Shown here: positions 53,561 through 63,640 of the stretch, piece by piece
Layout: each line of letters opens with the position of its first letter
Position numbering within the stretch: position 1 is the first letter of the stretch
Assembly (NCBI GenBank): GCA_965237525.1
Contig: CBDEFO010000008.1
Location: forward strand, 1,184,001 to 1,248,000
Reading direction: 5' to 3'
Length of the DNA: 64,000 bases
DNA from: Candidatus Latescibacterota bacterium
GTDB taxonomy: Bacteria; Latescibacterota; CBDEFO01
The notes under the pieces: model-generated
The model's database searches: none
The model's input: the letters and a program-made list of their open reading frames with translations, nothing else
Told to the model about the DNA's origin: nothing
Position numbers and translations under genes: made by a program

Positions 53561-53668
53561 CCAAAAGGTCAACATCAGGCAATGTCATTAGCACCCCCGA
53601 TTTATCCGGGGGCAGCGAAGCAATTTCGCAGAAAGAAAGATCGGAAAAATAGAGTGAGGTAGAATACA

Positions 53669-53944
53669 GTGTCCTTTCTATTACTTTGTCCCAACTGCGG
53701 CGACCGCGGCGTATATCAATTTCGCTTCGGTGAAGCCGTAAAGCCGCGCCCAGCTTCAGATGCGACTCAGGAGGAGTGGCTGCAATACGGTTATTACAAG
53801 GAGAATGAGGCCGGTGTTCAAAAAGAATGGTGGTACCATTCCCTTGGCTGTCGGCAGTGGTTCTTTGCCCTGCGGAACACATTGACTAACGAGGTACTGG
53901 AGACGTTTTTGCCTGAGGTCAAACGACAGTCCGCAGAGACTTGA
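53669..53944 (+). CDS. soxD: Sarcosine oxidase delta-like / N-methylglutamate dehydrogenase subunit B
   Basis: CPNCG.R, EWWYH..GC..WF...RNT. Confidence 0.88.
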   Translation: MSFLLLCPNCGDRGVYQFRFGEAVKPRPASDATQEEWLQYGYYKENEAGVQKEWWYHSLGCRQWFFALRNTLTNEVLETFLPEVKRQSAET

Positions 53945-54011
53945 CTCTCTATTTTAGTAACAGATAAATGTGAGGGCGAGTATATCTCGCCCCTACAGAT
54001 TTGGGAAAGAG

Positions 54012-56732
54012 ATGATCACAATCTTCTTCAACGGTAAACCGATCCAAGCCCAGGAAGGCGATACGGTGGCGTCAGCGCTCTATCGGAACGGCATGCGCAT
54101 TTTCACCCGCAGTTTCAAGTATCACCGTCCTCGGGGTCTACTTTGCCTGGCTGGAAATTGCCCCAACTGCCTCATGAACGTGAACGGCACACCGAATGTC
54201 CGCACCTGCACCACCTCTGTCCATGAGGGGATGAAGGTTAAGCACCAAAACGCATATCCGTCCCTCGAACACGACTGGCTGTCCACGTTAAAGTGGTTCG
54301 ATTGGTTGATGCCAGTCGGATTCTACTACAAGACCTTTATTAATCCCCATCTGTGGCGCTTTGTGGAGCCTATGATCAGAAAAGTCGCTGGACTCGGAGA
54401 GATCCCAGATTCCAGATCTCAGAGTAAATATGAGCATGTTCACCTGAAAACTGACATCGCGATTGTCGGAGGCGGGCCCGCTGGGCTAATGGCTGCCATA
54501 GATTCTGCTAAGACCCACGGCAGTGTGACACTGATCGATGATCAGCCGGAGTTGGGCGGCCACCTGCGCTATCAAAAGTGCACCTTCAATGGCTATGGAG
54601 AGGGGATGTCCGGACTGCGGGGCGTTGAAATTGCCCGGAGGCTATCCGATCAGGTTGAAGCACTGCCCAATATTTGCGTGATCAGAGACGCCTCATGCTT
54701 TGGCTTTTACGAAGGGAATCTTTTAGGTATCGTCCAGCACAATCTGCGACCGGAGGGAGCGGATCGCTTGATTCACCTGCGGACAGGGCACATCACCGTG
54801 GCGACCGGAGCCTATGAAGTCCCGATGGTCTTTGAAAACAACGACCTGGTCGGCATAATGTTTTCAACCGCAATCCAACGACTCGTGAACGCTCACGGCA
54901 TCAAGCCAGCAGAAAACGCCGTGATTATCTCAGACGAAGAGGACGGAGGACAGGTAGCCGATGACCTTAGAGAGGCAGACGTAGAGATCGCTGCCATTAT
55001 CCGGCCAGGCGATGTCGTGGCGGCCAGGGGCAACGGGAAGGTCGCTGGAATCAAAACAAAAGATCGGCACATAGCCTGCGATCTTATCGTAGTCTGTGGC
55101 CCCAAGGTGCCAGATGTGGGTCTGATCGCCCAGGCAGGTGGAAAATTGGAATGGGACGAGCAGAAAGGAGCGTTCGTGCCCGCTGATCTGCCCCCTTACG
55201 TCACCGTCGTCGGAGATGTGACAGGTGAGTCGCTTAGACACCGGCGCGAGGCGACCCGACCCCTTACAAAGGAATCGTTCATCTGCCTGTGCGAGGACGT
55301 GACGGCCAGGGATATATGCGACGCCATCGATGAGGGATTCGATCAGATGGAGACTCTTAAGCGCTACACAACTGTCTCTATGGGACCCTGCCAGGGGAAG
55401 ATGTGCAAACTTGCGTCCATTGATATCTGTGCGCGCCAGACCCAAAGGACGATTGGAGAGACCGGGACGATCACGTCTCGTCCTCCGACTCCGCCCGTAT
55501 CGCTTGGCGCCCTTGCGGGGGCACGGCACCATCCTATTAAGCGCACGCCCATGGACAGCAAACACGATGAGTTGGACTGCGCGTGGACGGATATGGGCGA
55601 GTGGAAACGGGCGCATCACTATAAACAGCAAGATGTAGGAGACCAAAGAGGGGCTGTGGAGATGGAATATCGGGCGGTTAGAGAGGGAGTCGGCATAATC
55701 GACGTGAGCACCCTGGGGAAGTTAGACGTGAAGGGGAAAGACGCCCACAAGCTCCTGGATAAAGTCTACACGAATCGCCTGTCAGACCTGCGCATCGGGA
55801 GGGTGCGTTACTCGGTCATCCTGGACGACACAGGCATCATCCTGGACGACGGCACGATCTCCCGGCTATCCGACGATCACTTCTTTATCACCACCACAAC
55901 GGGCAACATTGAATTTGCGCAGCAATGGCTCGAATGGTGGGCAGTGGAAACGGGCTGGTGCGTCCACATCACCAACGTTACCGGAGGCCTTGCCGCCATC
56001 AATGTAGCCGGACCGATGGCGCGGGATGTGCTCTCGAAGCTTACGGACTGCGACCTAAGCACGAAGGCGTTTCCTTATATGGCATGCCGTCGTGCGGAGA
56101 TGGGTAAGGTGGACGAGGAGTCGGCTACACGCCATTTTAGAGCTTTCGGAGAAGTGGGCGGCGTGCCCTCCTTGTTGCTCAGAATCGGATTCGTCGGCGA
56201 GATGGGCTGGGAGATACACTTCCCCGCCGAATACGGAGAGTATCTGTGGGACGCCATAATGGAGGTGGGCAAAGAGTTCGGCATAGTGCCCTTCGGGGTG
56301 GAGGCGCAGCGGATTCTGAGGCTCGAAAAGAGACACATCATCGTAGGGGTTGATACTGACGCCACGAGCAATCCCATAAGTGCAGATATGTTCTGGGCTG
56401 CGAAGATGGACAAGGAGGACTTCATCGGCAGGGCGGCGATTCTACGGATTCAAAAATACGGGATCCGGGAAAAGTCGGTCGGATTTGTGATGCAGGACGA
56501 TGTTGTTCCCGAAGACGGAAACGCAATTGGGCTAAATGGCAAGCCCGTCGGTCGAGTCACCAGCGTACGGTTTTCCCCCTTCCAAGGCAAGGCCGTCGGT
56601 CTTGCGTGGGTGCCCCCGGAGCTATCAGGTGATGGACAGGAGATTCAGATCCATGTCGATGGACAGGTGGCTAACGCTCAGATCACATCCAACATATTCT
56701 ATGACCCTGAAGGGAAGAGGCTGAGGAGCTGA
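54012..56732 (+). CDS. soxA: Sarcosine oxidase alpha-like / N-methylglutamate dehydrogenase subunit C
   Basis: RSFKYHRPRG, GGGPAG, CEDVT, KRYT..MGPCQG, GcvT-like DVSTLGK and DDG. Confidence 0.9.
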   Translation: MITIFFNGKPIQAQEGDTVASALYRNGMRIFTRSFKYHRPRGLLCLAGNCPNCLMNVNGTPNVRTCTTSVHEGMKVKHQNAYPSLEHDWLSTLKWFDWLMPVGFYYKTFINPHLWRFVEPMIRKVAGLGEIPDSRSQSKYEHVHLKTDIAIVGGGPAGLMAAIDSAKTHGSVTLIDDQPELGGHLRYQKCTFNGYGEGMSGLRGVEIARRLSDQVEALPNICVIRDASCFGFYEGNLLGIVQHNLRPEGADRLIHLRTGHITVATGAYEVPMVFENNDLVGIMFSTAIQRLVNAHGIKPAENAVIISDEEDGGQVADDLREADVEIAAIIRPGDVVAARGNGKVAGIKTKDRHIACDLIVVCGPKVPDVGLIAQAGGKLEWDEQKGAFVPADLPPYVTVVGDVTGESLRHRREATRPLTKESFICLCEDVTARDICDAIDEGFDQMETLKRYTTVSMGPCQGKMCKLASIDICARQTQRTIGETGTITSRPPTPPVSLGALAGARHHPIKRTPMDSKHDELDCAWTDMGEWKRAHHYKQQDVGDQRGAVEMEYRAVREGVGIIDVSTLGKLDVKGKDAHKLLDKVYTNRLSDLRIGRVRYSVILDDTGIILDDGTISRLSDDHFFITTTTGNIEFAQQWLEWWAVETGWCVHITNVTGGLAAINVAGPMARDVLSKLTDCDLSTKAFPYMACRRAEMGKVDEESATRHFRAFGEVGGVPSLLLRIGFVGEMGWEIHFPAEYGEYLWDAIMEVGKEFGIVPFGVEAQRILRLEKRHIIVGVDTDATSNPISADMFWAAKMDKEDFIGRAAILRIQKYGIREKSVGFVMQDDVVPEDGNAIGLNGKPVGRVTSVRFSPFQGKAVGLAWVPPELSGDGQEIQIHVDGQVANAQITSNIFYDPEGKRLRS

Positions 56733-57382
56733 TGGCAGCGACTTTTAGACCCATCAAACGCACAGCTCTCCATCGCAGACACGTGGCGCTCGGCGCGAAG
56801 ATGGGCGACTACCACGGTTGGCAGGTGGCGGAGCATTTCACTTCTTCGGAAGAGGAGGCCCAGGGCGTCCGAGAGGGCGTGGGGCTGGCAGATATGAGTT
56901 GGATGGGAAAGTTGGACGTAAAGGGGAACGATTTAAGAGACGGAGAATGGAAGATAGCTAACGCCTCCGTCTGGAAGCTGGCCAGAGGTCATATTCTCGT
57001 CACCTGTGAGCCATCGGACATTGATAACTCAACGCAAGAGATCCAAAGCGCAGGCGGAGATTGCGTGCATATTACCGATGTGACGTCCGTCTATTGCGCG
57101 TTGCATTTAGCGGGACCAAAGAGTCGACACGTACTTAACAAGTTGACATCGTTGGATATCTGCGAGGGGGCGATGCCGAACCTCTCCTGTGGCCAGACTA
57201 GTCTGGCAGAGGCACACTCAATCGTCCTGCGCAGGGACGTGGGCGATCTTCCCGCGTATCAGCTCCTTATTGGACGGGAGTACGGCGAATACATCTGGGA
57301 CGCCCTGATGCACGCGGGGGATGAGTTCAGTATTGTAGCTCTCGGACTTAAGGCCCAAAGGCAGATAGAAAGCGAAGAGTAG
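56732..57382 (+). CDS. GcvT-like / sarcosine oxidase gamma-like subunit (MgdD-like)
   Basis: GLADMS..GK, TDVTS, LAGP, YGEYIWDAL. Confidence 0.75.
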   Translation: MAATFRPIKRTALHRRHVALGAKMGDYHGWQVAEHFTSSEEEAQGVREGVGLADMSWMGKLDVKGNDLRDGEWKIANASVWKLARGHILVTCEPSDIDNSTQEIQSAGGDCVHITDVTSVYCALHLAGPKSRHVLNKLTSLDICEGAMPNLSCGQTSLAEAHSIVLRRDVGDLPAYQLLIGREYGEYIWDALMHAGDEFSIVALGLKAQRQIESEE

Positions 57383-57475
57383 CTGAGACACTCGTGTCCC
57401 ACCACTGTCGGGGCTTGCTATCTCACGATCAAAGCGGACACGCCGCCATCTGTCTGAAGGAAGGCAATAGTAGTC

Positions 57476-58690
57476 ATGCTCCAGCTATTTCGAAAAAGAC
57501 GAATGTGGGGTAGGCACGACCTGAAGAAGAGCTACGACGTCGTCATCATCGGTGCTGGCGTTCACGGTCTGGCGACAGCCTACTATCTGGGGGTAGAGCA
57601 CGGCATTACTGATATCGCTCTCCTGGAGAGAGGCTATCTCGGCACCGGCAGCAGCGGACGCAATACCGCTATTGTCCGGGCCAACTACCGCACACCTGAA
57701 GGCATCTCATTTTACGCAGAGTCGCTCAAGCTCTACGAGGAGATGTCCAAAACCTTGGGTTGGAACGTCCTGCTCAATCAGTGCGGACATCTGACGCTCG
57801 GGCACACGGATTCTGCCGTCAACGGACTGAGAGTGCGCGCCGGGGCGAATCAACTGCTCGGCGTGGACAGCAGAATTATCTACCCCGATGAGATAAAAAG
57901 GCTTGTTCCTCACATCGATATAAGCAATTCCCCGCGCTATCCGATACTGGCCGCGCTCTATCATCCGCCAGGGGGCATCATCCGCCATGACGCTGTCGTC
58001 TGGGGATACGCCCGGGAGTGCGACCGAATGGGTATGCATATTCACACATTTACGGAGGCGGTCGGCATCAACCGCGACGGAAAAAGGGCAACGAGTGTTG
58101 TTACTAATCGCGGTGAGATTTCAACTAAAGCTGTCACAAACTGTACTGCGGGATGGGCAAGCACGATATGCAAGATGGTAGATATTCAGGTCCCCATCGT
58201 CTCGAAGCCGCTGCAAGCCTGTGTAACCGAACCCCTGAAACCCTTTCTGGACAAGGTGATCGTATCTGCGAACCTGCACGTTTATGTCAATCAGACTGAC
58301 CGAGGCGAAATCGTCATCGGTTCGGAGATCGACCCCTATCAGTCGTACAGCATGAAGGGCACACTTCCCACGCTGGAGCAGATGGCGACCTACACACTCG
58401 ACCTCTTCCCACATCTTCACAGTGTCAGTGTGCTGAGACAGTGGGCGGGAATCTGCGATATGACACCCGACTTTGCGCCTATAATAGGAAATGTGGAGGG
58501 ACTTGATGGCTTTTACCTGGACGTTGGATGGGGGACTTATGGCTTCAAGGCTGGCCCTATTGCAGGCAAGTGCTTAGCGGAGTTGATCGCCACCAAAAAG
58601 ACTCCCGAACTGATTGAACCGTTTGCTCTGTCGCGCTTTGAAAAGGATCGGCTCGTCGGAGAAAGGGCGGCAGCAGCGGTTTCGCACTAA
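57476..58690 (+). CDS. soxB: Sarcosine oxidase beta-like / N-methylglutamate dehydrogenase subunit A
   Basis: GAGVHGLATAYYL, GRNT, RHDAVVW, GWGTYGFK, AAAVSH. Confidence 0.9.
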   Translation: MLQLFRKRRMWGRHDLKKSYDVVIIGAGVHGLATAYYLGVEHGITDIALLERGYLGTGSSGRNTAIVRANYRTPEGISFYAESLKLYEEMSKTLGWNVLLNQCGHLTLGHTDSAVNGLRVRAGANQLLGVDSRIIYPDEIKRLVPHIDISNSPRYPILAALYHPPGGIIRHDAVVWGYARECDRMGMHIHTFTEAVGINRDGKRATSVVTNRGEISTKAVTNCTAGWASTICKMVDIQVPIVSKPLQACVTEPLKPFLDKVIVSANLHVYVNQTDRGEIVIGSEIDPYQSYSMKGTLPTLEQMATYTLDLFPHLHSVSVLRQWAGICDMTPDFAPIIGNVEGLDGFYLDVGWGTYGFKAGPIAGKCLAELIATKKTPELIEPFALSRFEKDRLVGERAAAAVSH

Positions 58691-58771
58691 GTAGGGGCAG
58701 ACCCGTGTGTCTGCCCCTAAAATAGGGGCGAACACATAGGTTCGCCCCTACATAATTCGGAGGTAACGACT

Positions 58772-60106
58772 GTGACATTGGACCAAGTTAAGGCGCTGGT
58801 GGTGGATAAGGGTATCGAGTTTTTCCTCTGCAGTTTTGTGGAGATGAGCGGAGCGCCAAAAGCAAAGGTTGTGCCGGCTGAATATCTGGAAGACATGGCA
58901 TCCGAAGGCGCTGGATTTGCAGGGTTTGCGGCTGGGGAAATCGGTCAGGGCCCGCACGATCCGGACATGGCGAGCATTCCCGACTTCAATTCGCTTGCAA
59001 TCGTGCCGTGGAAAAAAAACATCGCCTGGGTGGCGGGAAGTGTGCATGTGGGTGAAAATGAGTGGCATTACTGTCCGCGCACCATATTGCGGTCTATGCT
59101 GAAAAAGGCAAGGGATAAAGGCTATACCTTTAACTTGGGTGTCGAGGCGGAGTTCATGCTGTTGAAAAAAAATGAACACGATGCCTACATGCCGTGGGAC
59201 ACGCTCGACACATTAGGCAAACCGTGCTACGATATGAGGGCCCTGCATCGCAATCTTGATGTGATGACGACTCTCTTAAAATACATGCAGGAATTAGGGT
59301 GGGCTCCCTACGCCAACGACCACGAGGACGCCAATTGCCAGTTTGAGCTTAACTGGGTCTTTAAGGATGCGCTTACCACAGCAGACCAGCATACCTTCTT
59401 CAAATGGATGGTCAAGACCGTTGCCGAAGCAAACGGGCTTTTAGCAACCTTTATGCCCAAGCCCTTTGCAAATCTGACGGGCAACGGGGCGCATTTTCAC
59501 ATGAGTCTATGGGATGAGAAGAACCAGACTAACCTCTTTCTAGATGAGAAAGATGAAAACGGGCTGTCCGAGCTTGCCTATTGGTTTACTGGTGGAGTGC
59601 TCCGTCACGCCAAAGCTCTTACGGCCGTCACCAATCCCCTCACCAACAGCTACAAGCGGCTTATTCGCGGCGCGCCAAGAAGTGGGGCAACCTGGGCACC
59701 TGTCTATGTCACCTATGGCGGGAGCAACCGGACACAGATGATTCGCATCCCCGGGCCCGGGCGCATCGAAAGCCGTGTGGGCGACGGCGCGGCCAATCCC
59801 TATCTTGCCTGCGCAGTGCTGCTTGCCGCTGGGATGGATGGCATCGAAAACAAAATTGACCCGGGAGAGCGAAACGATGACAATCTCTACGAAGTAGACG
59901 AAAACGAACTATCTGAGCGCGGTATCGATTTCTTGCCGTCGATGCTCGGCGAAGCCCTCGACTGTCTGGAAAAAGACGAGGTAATCAAAAGCGCCCTTGG
60001 CCAAGAGTATGCCGACTACTACATCCAAGTTAAGCGCAAAGAGTGGGAGCAGTATCACCTCTCGATCAGTCAGTGGGAGATAGACAATTACCTCGGGCTT
60101 TACTAA
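58772..60106 (+). CDS. glnT: Type III glutamate-ammonia ligase / gamma-glutamylmethylamide synthetase (GmaS)
   Basis: GAGFAGFA, KPCYD, NDHEDAN.QFE, SGATWAP, NRTQMIRIP. Confidence 0.9.
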   Translation: MTLDQVKALVVDKGIEFFLCSFVEMSGAPKAKVVPAEYLEDMASEGAGFAGFAAGEIGQGPHDPDMASIPDFNSLAIVPWKKNIAWVAGSVHVGENEWHYCPRTILRSMLKKARDKGYTFNLGVEAEFMLLKKNEHDAYMPWDTLDTLGKPCYDMRALHRNLDVMTTLLKYMQELGWAPYANDHEDANCQFELNWVFKDALTTADQHTFFKWMVKTVAEANGLLATFMPKPFANLTGNGAHFHMSLWDEKNQTNLFLDEKDENGLSELAYWFTGGVLRHAKALTAVTNPLTNSYKRLIRGAPRSGATWAPVYVTYGGSNRTQMIRIPGPGRIESRVGDGAANPYLACAVLLAAGMDGIENKIDPGERNDDNLYEVDENELSERGIDFLPSMLGEALDCLEKDEVIKSALGQEYADYYIQVKRKEWEQYHLSISQWEIDNYLGLY

Positions 60107-60241
60107 AAGTAGCCCCCGATTGAACCCCCAATTGTGATCCCCTATTGAATCTATAGGGGATTGAGGTTCGGGGGTGGACAGAATGTAGAGGAGAGGGTAC
60201 CTCGCCCCACTACTGCTTGCTAGATTCGGAGGAGTTCCGTA

Positions 60242-61411
60242 ATGACTTACGCCAAGTTGAATCCGCACGAAAGAACGCTTATGGGGCCTGGGCCCAGCAA
60301 CATTCATCCGAGAGTTTTTCAGGCTATGATAGCTCCTATCGTCGGCCATCTTGACCCCGACTACTTAGCAGTGATGAACGATATTCAGGAGCTCCTAAGA
60401 TATGTCTTTCAGACAGAGAACAAGATGACGATCTCCATATCCGGAACTGGATCGGCGGGAATGGAGACCTGCCTTTGCAATCTTTTGGAAGCGGGCGATA
60501 GGGCCGTAATCTGCATAAAGGGCTACTTCGGCGGCAGGATGTTAGACATAACCAAAAGGTGCGGCGCAGAGCCTATCGTTGTAGAGCAGGAATGGGGAAA
60601 GCCGATAGATCCTGAAGATGTGAAAGGGGCAGCACAAGGAAGCGGCGCCAAGCTGATAGCTATTGTTCACGCTGAGACTTCCACAGGGGTGCTTCAGCCA
60701 TTGGGAGAAATATCCCAAATAGCCGCAGATAACGATGCCCTCCTTGTGGTAGATGCTGTTACGTCTTTAGGAGGATGCGAATTGAAAATAGATGAATTGG
60801 GTATAGATGCAGCTTACAGCGGGACGCAAAAGTGTGTGGGATGTCCTCCGGGCTTATCGCCTGTGACGTTTAACGATAGGGCTATGAACGCGATTAAGTC
60901 CCGAAAATCCAAAGTCCAGACGCTCTACTTAGATATGACCTGGCTCGAAAAATACTGGACAGAGGAGAGGCTCTATCACCACACTGCGCCTATCTCCCTA
61001 CACTACGCTCTCAGAGAAGCCTTGATTCTGATAGAGGAGGAAGGTCTGGAAAATAGGTTTGCACGGCATATCAGAAATCACAAGGCTCTGGTTAGAGGAT
61101 TAGAGGCTATGGGACTCCAGATGCTGGTCGAAGATAGTTATCGCCTCCCAACCTTAAATACCGTAAGGATACCGGACGGCGTGGACGACGCAGTGGTTCG
61201 GAGCTTTTTGCTAAACGAGTACAACCTGGAGATAGGAGGCGGACTCGGAGAGCTTAAAGGGAAAATGTGGAGAGTCGGGTTGATGGGCTACACATCTGAT
61301 CCCAAGAACGTCTTATACTTCCTTTGTGCCCTTGAAGATGCCCTTAAAAGGCAGGGATATAAGGTCCCGGAGGGCGCCGGTTCTGCCGCCGCCTCTTCAA
61401 ATCTTAATTGA
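60242..61411 (+). CDS. Alanine/serine-glyoxylate aminotransferase (class V)
   Basis: MGPGPS, HAETSTG, DAVTS, SGTQK, YHHT. Confidence 0.92.
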   Translation: MTYAKLNPHERTLMGPGPSNIHPRVFQAMIAPIVGHLDPDYLAVMNDIQELLRYVFQTENKMTISISGTGSAGMETCLCNLLEAGDRAVICIKGYFGGRMLDITKRCGAEPIVVEQEWGKPIDPEDVKGAAQGSGAKLIAIVHAETSTGVLQPLGEISQIAADNDALLVVDAVTSLGGCELKIDELGIDAAYSGTQKCVGCPPGLSPVTFNDRAMNAIKSRKSKVQTLYLDMTWLEKYWTEERLYHHTAPISLHYALREALILIEEEGLENRFARHIRNHKALVRGLEAMGLQMLVEDSYRLPTLNTVRIPDGVDDAVVRSFLLNEYNLEIGGGLGELKGKMWRVGLMGYTSDPKNVLYFLCALEDALKRQGYKVPEGAGSAAASSNLN

Positions 61412-61521
61412 TCGATCTAGCCTCTGATAGTAGCGGAAGCCCCCGGGTCGGCCCTGAAAAAGGGATGAATCGAGCAAACACATGGGTTGGCCCCTGAATA
61501 TGTTAGGGAGAGAAGAACTCT

Positions 61522-61770
61522 TTGGGGATAAAAGTAAGGATTCTCTCAAAGCCTGATTGTCATCTTTGCGATACAGCCAAAGAACGCATAAGACGTGTAC
61601 AGCACCTTGTGCCCTTCGATCTTGAGGAGATTGACATTTCGGTAGATAGCGATCTTTACAACAGATACAAAGAAAGAATTCCTGTAGTCGAGATAGATGG
61701 GGAAGAGGTGTTCGTCTACCGAGTCAGCGAGAAGATCCTCCTAAAGAGGATAAAAGAGAGGCAAAAATGA
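61522..61770 (+). CDS. Glutaredoxin-like protein
   Basis: CHLC and RIPV motifs. Confidence 0.85.
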   Translation: MGIKVRILSKPDCHLCDTAKERIRRVQHLVPFDLEEIDISVDSDLYNRYKERIPVVEIDGEEVFVYRVSEKILLKRIKERQK

Positions 61771-62189
61771 ATATCGCCATCGGAATGGGATCTGCATCAG
61801 GACAATCAATCGAGTACTACCGCAGAGCTGGGAGTGTATCTCACGTCACCATGGGCGCAGGGCCACCTCGAGCGCCGGGCGAAGACGTGACGAAAAGGGC
61901 GGTGGAATATCTCAAAGGGATAGTAAACAGCAAACAGTAGGGCAGATATTTTCGTCTTTAAGGCAATTTCTAGCCATGGCGAGCGGGAGATTGACTTGAA
62001 GGCACTATCTCAGGCACTTTTACGTACAGATACGAGAGGTACGCATCCTTGCAAACCGATAGGCGGCCGACGGCTTTAGATGAGGAGATACTTAATCACG
62101 CCAAGCTGGAGAAATTCTCGGCCGACGTTGAAGGCGCAAGCAGGATATGTCTGACAAAATTGTTCCAAGTAGTTGAATCTCTTTCATAA
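61767..62189 (+). pseudogene. Heavily degraded gene remnant
   Basis: ATG overlaps the upstream stop; several short frames interrupted by stops. Confidence 0.25.
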
Positions 62190-62246
62190 CTTTTCCCTGT
62201 CTACTGGCTACCATCTGCTTACTTTTACCTGCCACTGTCTACTGAT

Positions 62247-62567
62247 TTATAGATAGTCCTCCCTCGGCGGGCTGAATATATCGAGCGCTCTAGCCGGACC
62301 TTCTACTACCTTTACGCTGTGTTCCACGTTGGGAGGAATAATATATGAATCCCCTTCCCTTAAAACCTTCGTCTCCCCACCGATAGTGAATTCTAATGCC
62401 CCGAAGAGGACTATACCTCCCTGTTCGTGCGGGTGGCTGTGATTTGTAACTTCAGAACCCTCTTCGATATCCACAAAAGAGAGCATAAGCTTCTCCCCCC
62501 CAACAGGACGTATCTTTATACCTTGAAAGACCTCTTTTACCCCAAGTTCGTCCAAGTTAATGTACAT
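62247..62567 (-). CDS. Cupin domain protein
   Basis: HSHPHEQ, IPPNVEH, DIFSPPREDY. Confidence 0.9.
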   Translation of the reverse strand: MYINLDELGVKEVFQGIKIRPVGGEKLMLSFVDIEEGSEVTNHSHPHEQGGIVLFGALEFTIGGETKVLREGDSYIIPPNVEHSVKVVEGPARALDIFSPPREDYL

Positions 62568-62648
62568 ACAAAACCTCCGTTGTAAGTACAGTGGGGCGAG
62601 GTAACCTCGCCCCTACATTATTTTCAGGGCAGACACATGGGTCTGCCC

Positions 62649-63419
62649 CTACTGCCTTTCGCCTTTCCCTGTATACTGACTACTGTCTACTATCTTATTA
62701 GCCCCGTCTCTTGCCACAAGGTTGTTCACCTTCAAAAGGGCATCTATGGATTCCCCCGCGTCTCCCCACCACCCCTCCAATATCTCGTAAGTCATCTGAC
62801 CCATCTCTATGTAAGCGTTGTTCACGTCGGTTATCTCCAATTCTCCCCTTTGCGAGGGCTTGAGGTCCCCTATAATATTGAAGACTTTGTTGTCGTACAT
62901 ATACATGCCTGTGACCGCGTATTGGCTCTTAGCGACTTTGGGCTTTTCTTCGATTTGAACTACAGTGCCGTTTTGGAATTCGGGAACTCCGTAGCTTTCT
63001 GGATTTTCGACCTCGGCAAGCATTATCTTGGCCCCGTCTTCTTGCCTTCTGAAGCTCTCCACAGCCTTTATTATGTTGCCCTGTATTACATTGTCCCCTA
63101 ACATTAACACTAACTTACCTCCCCCGGCAAAGTGCTCTGTTAAGGAAACAGCCTGGGCTATCCCGCCGACTCCTTCCTGATAGGTGTAATCTAAATGCTT
63201 GAGTCCGAACTCCGCGCCGTTCCCCAAGAGTCTGAGGAAATCGCCGGCTCTTTCGCCTCCGGTGACGATCATGATCTCCTCTATCCCTGCGTTGACAAGC
63301 GTCTGAATGGGATAGAATATCATGGGCTTGTCATAGACTGGCAAGAGGTGTTTGTTGGTGATCTTGCTTAAGGAATAGAGCCTTGAACCTGTCCCTCCTG
63401 CTAAGACTACGCCTTTCAT
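62649..63419 (-). CDS. Sugar-phosphate nucleotidyltransferase (glucose-1-phosphate thymidylyltransferase-like)
   Basis: LAGGTGSRL, KHLLPVYDKPMI, LGDN, EEKP, RGELEITD; start at MKGVV after an AGGAG RBS. Confidence 0.9.
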   Translation of the reverse strand: MKGVVLAGGTGSRLYSLSKITNKHLLPVYDKPMIFYPIQTLVNAGIEEIMIVTGGERAGDFLRLLGNGAEFGLKHLDYTYQEGVGGIAQAVSLTEHFAGGGKLVLMLGDNVIQGNIIKAVESFRRQEDGAKIMLAEVENPESYGVPEFQNGTVVQIEEKPKVAKSQYAVTGMYMYDNKVFNIIGDLKPSQRGELEITDVNNAYIEMGQMTYEILEGWWGDAGESIDALLKVNNLVARDGANKIVDSSQYTGKGERQ

Positions 63420-63640
63420 GATGGTATTCTCCTGCTGACTACGAGATTGCTTCGCCCACTTCGCCACTTCGTGGTTTGTTGGTACTTCGTGATCCCTGCA
63501 AAAAGGGGTGGCAGCAACACACACAGTGCCCACGCTGCCTCGCATGACAGTATTTGCTTCTGCCCTAATCGCATTAGGCGAGGAGCAACGCTTCGAAGCG
63601 ATCTCATGGGTAGGGAGGTGGCGCCTCCCCTGTCTCATAT

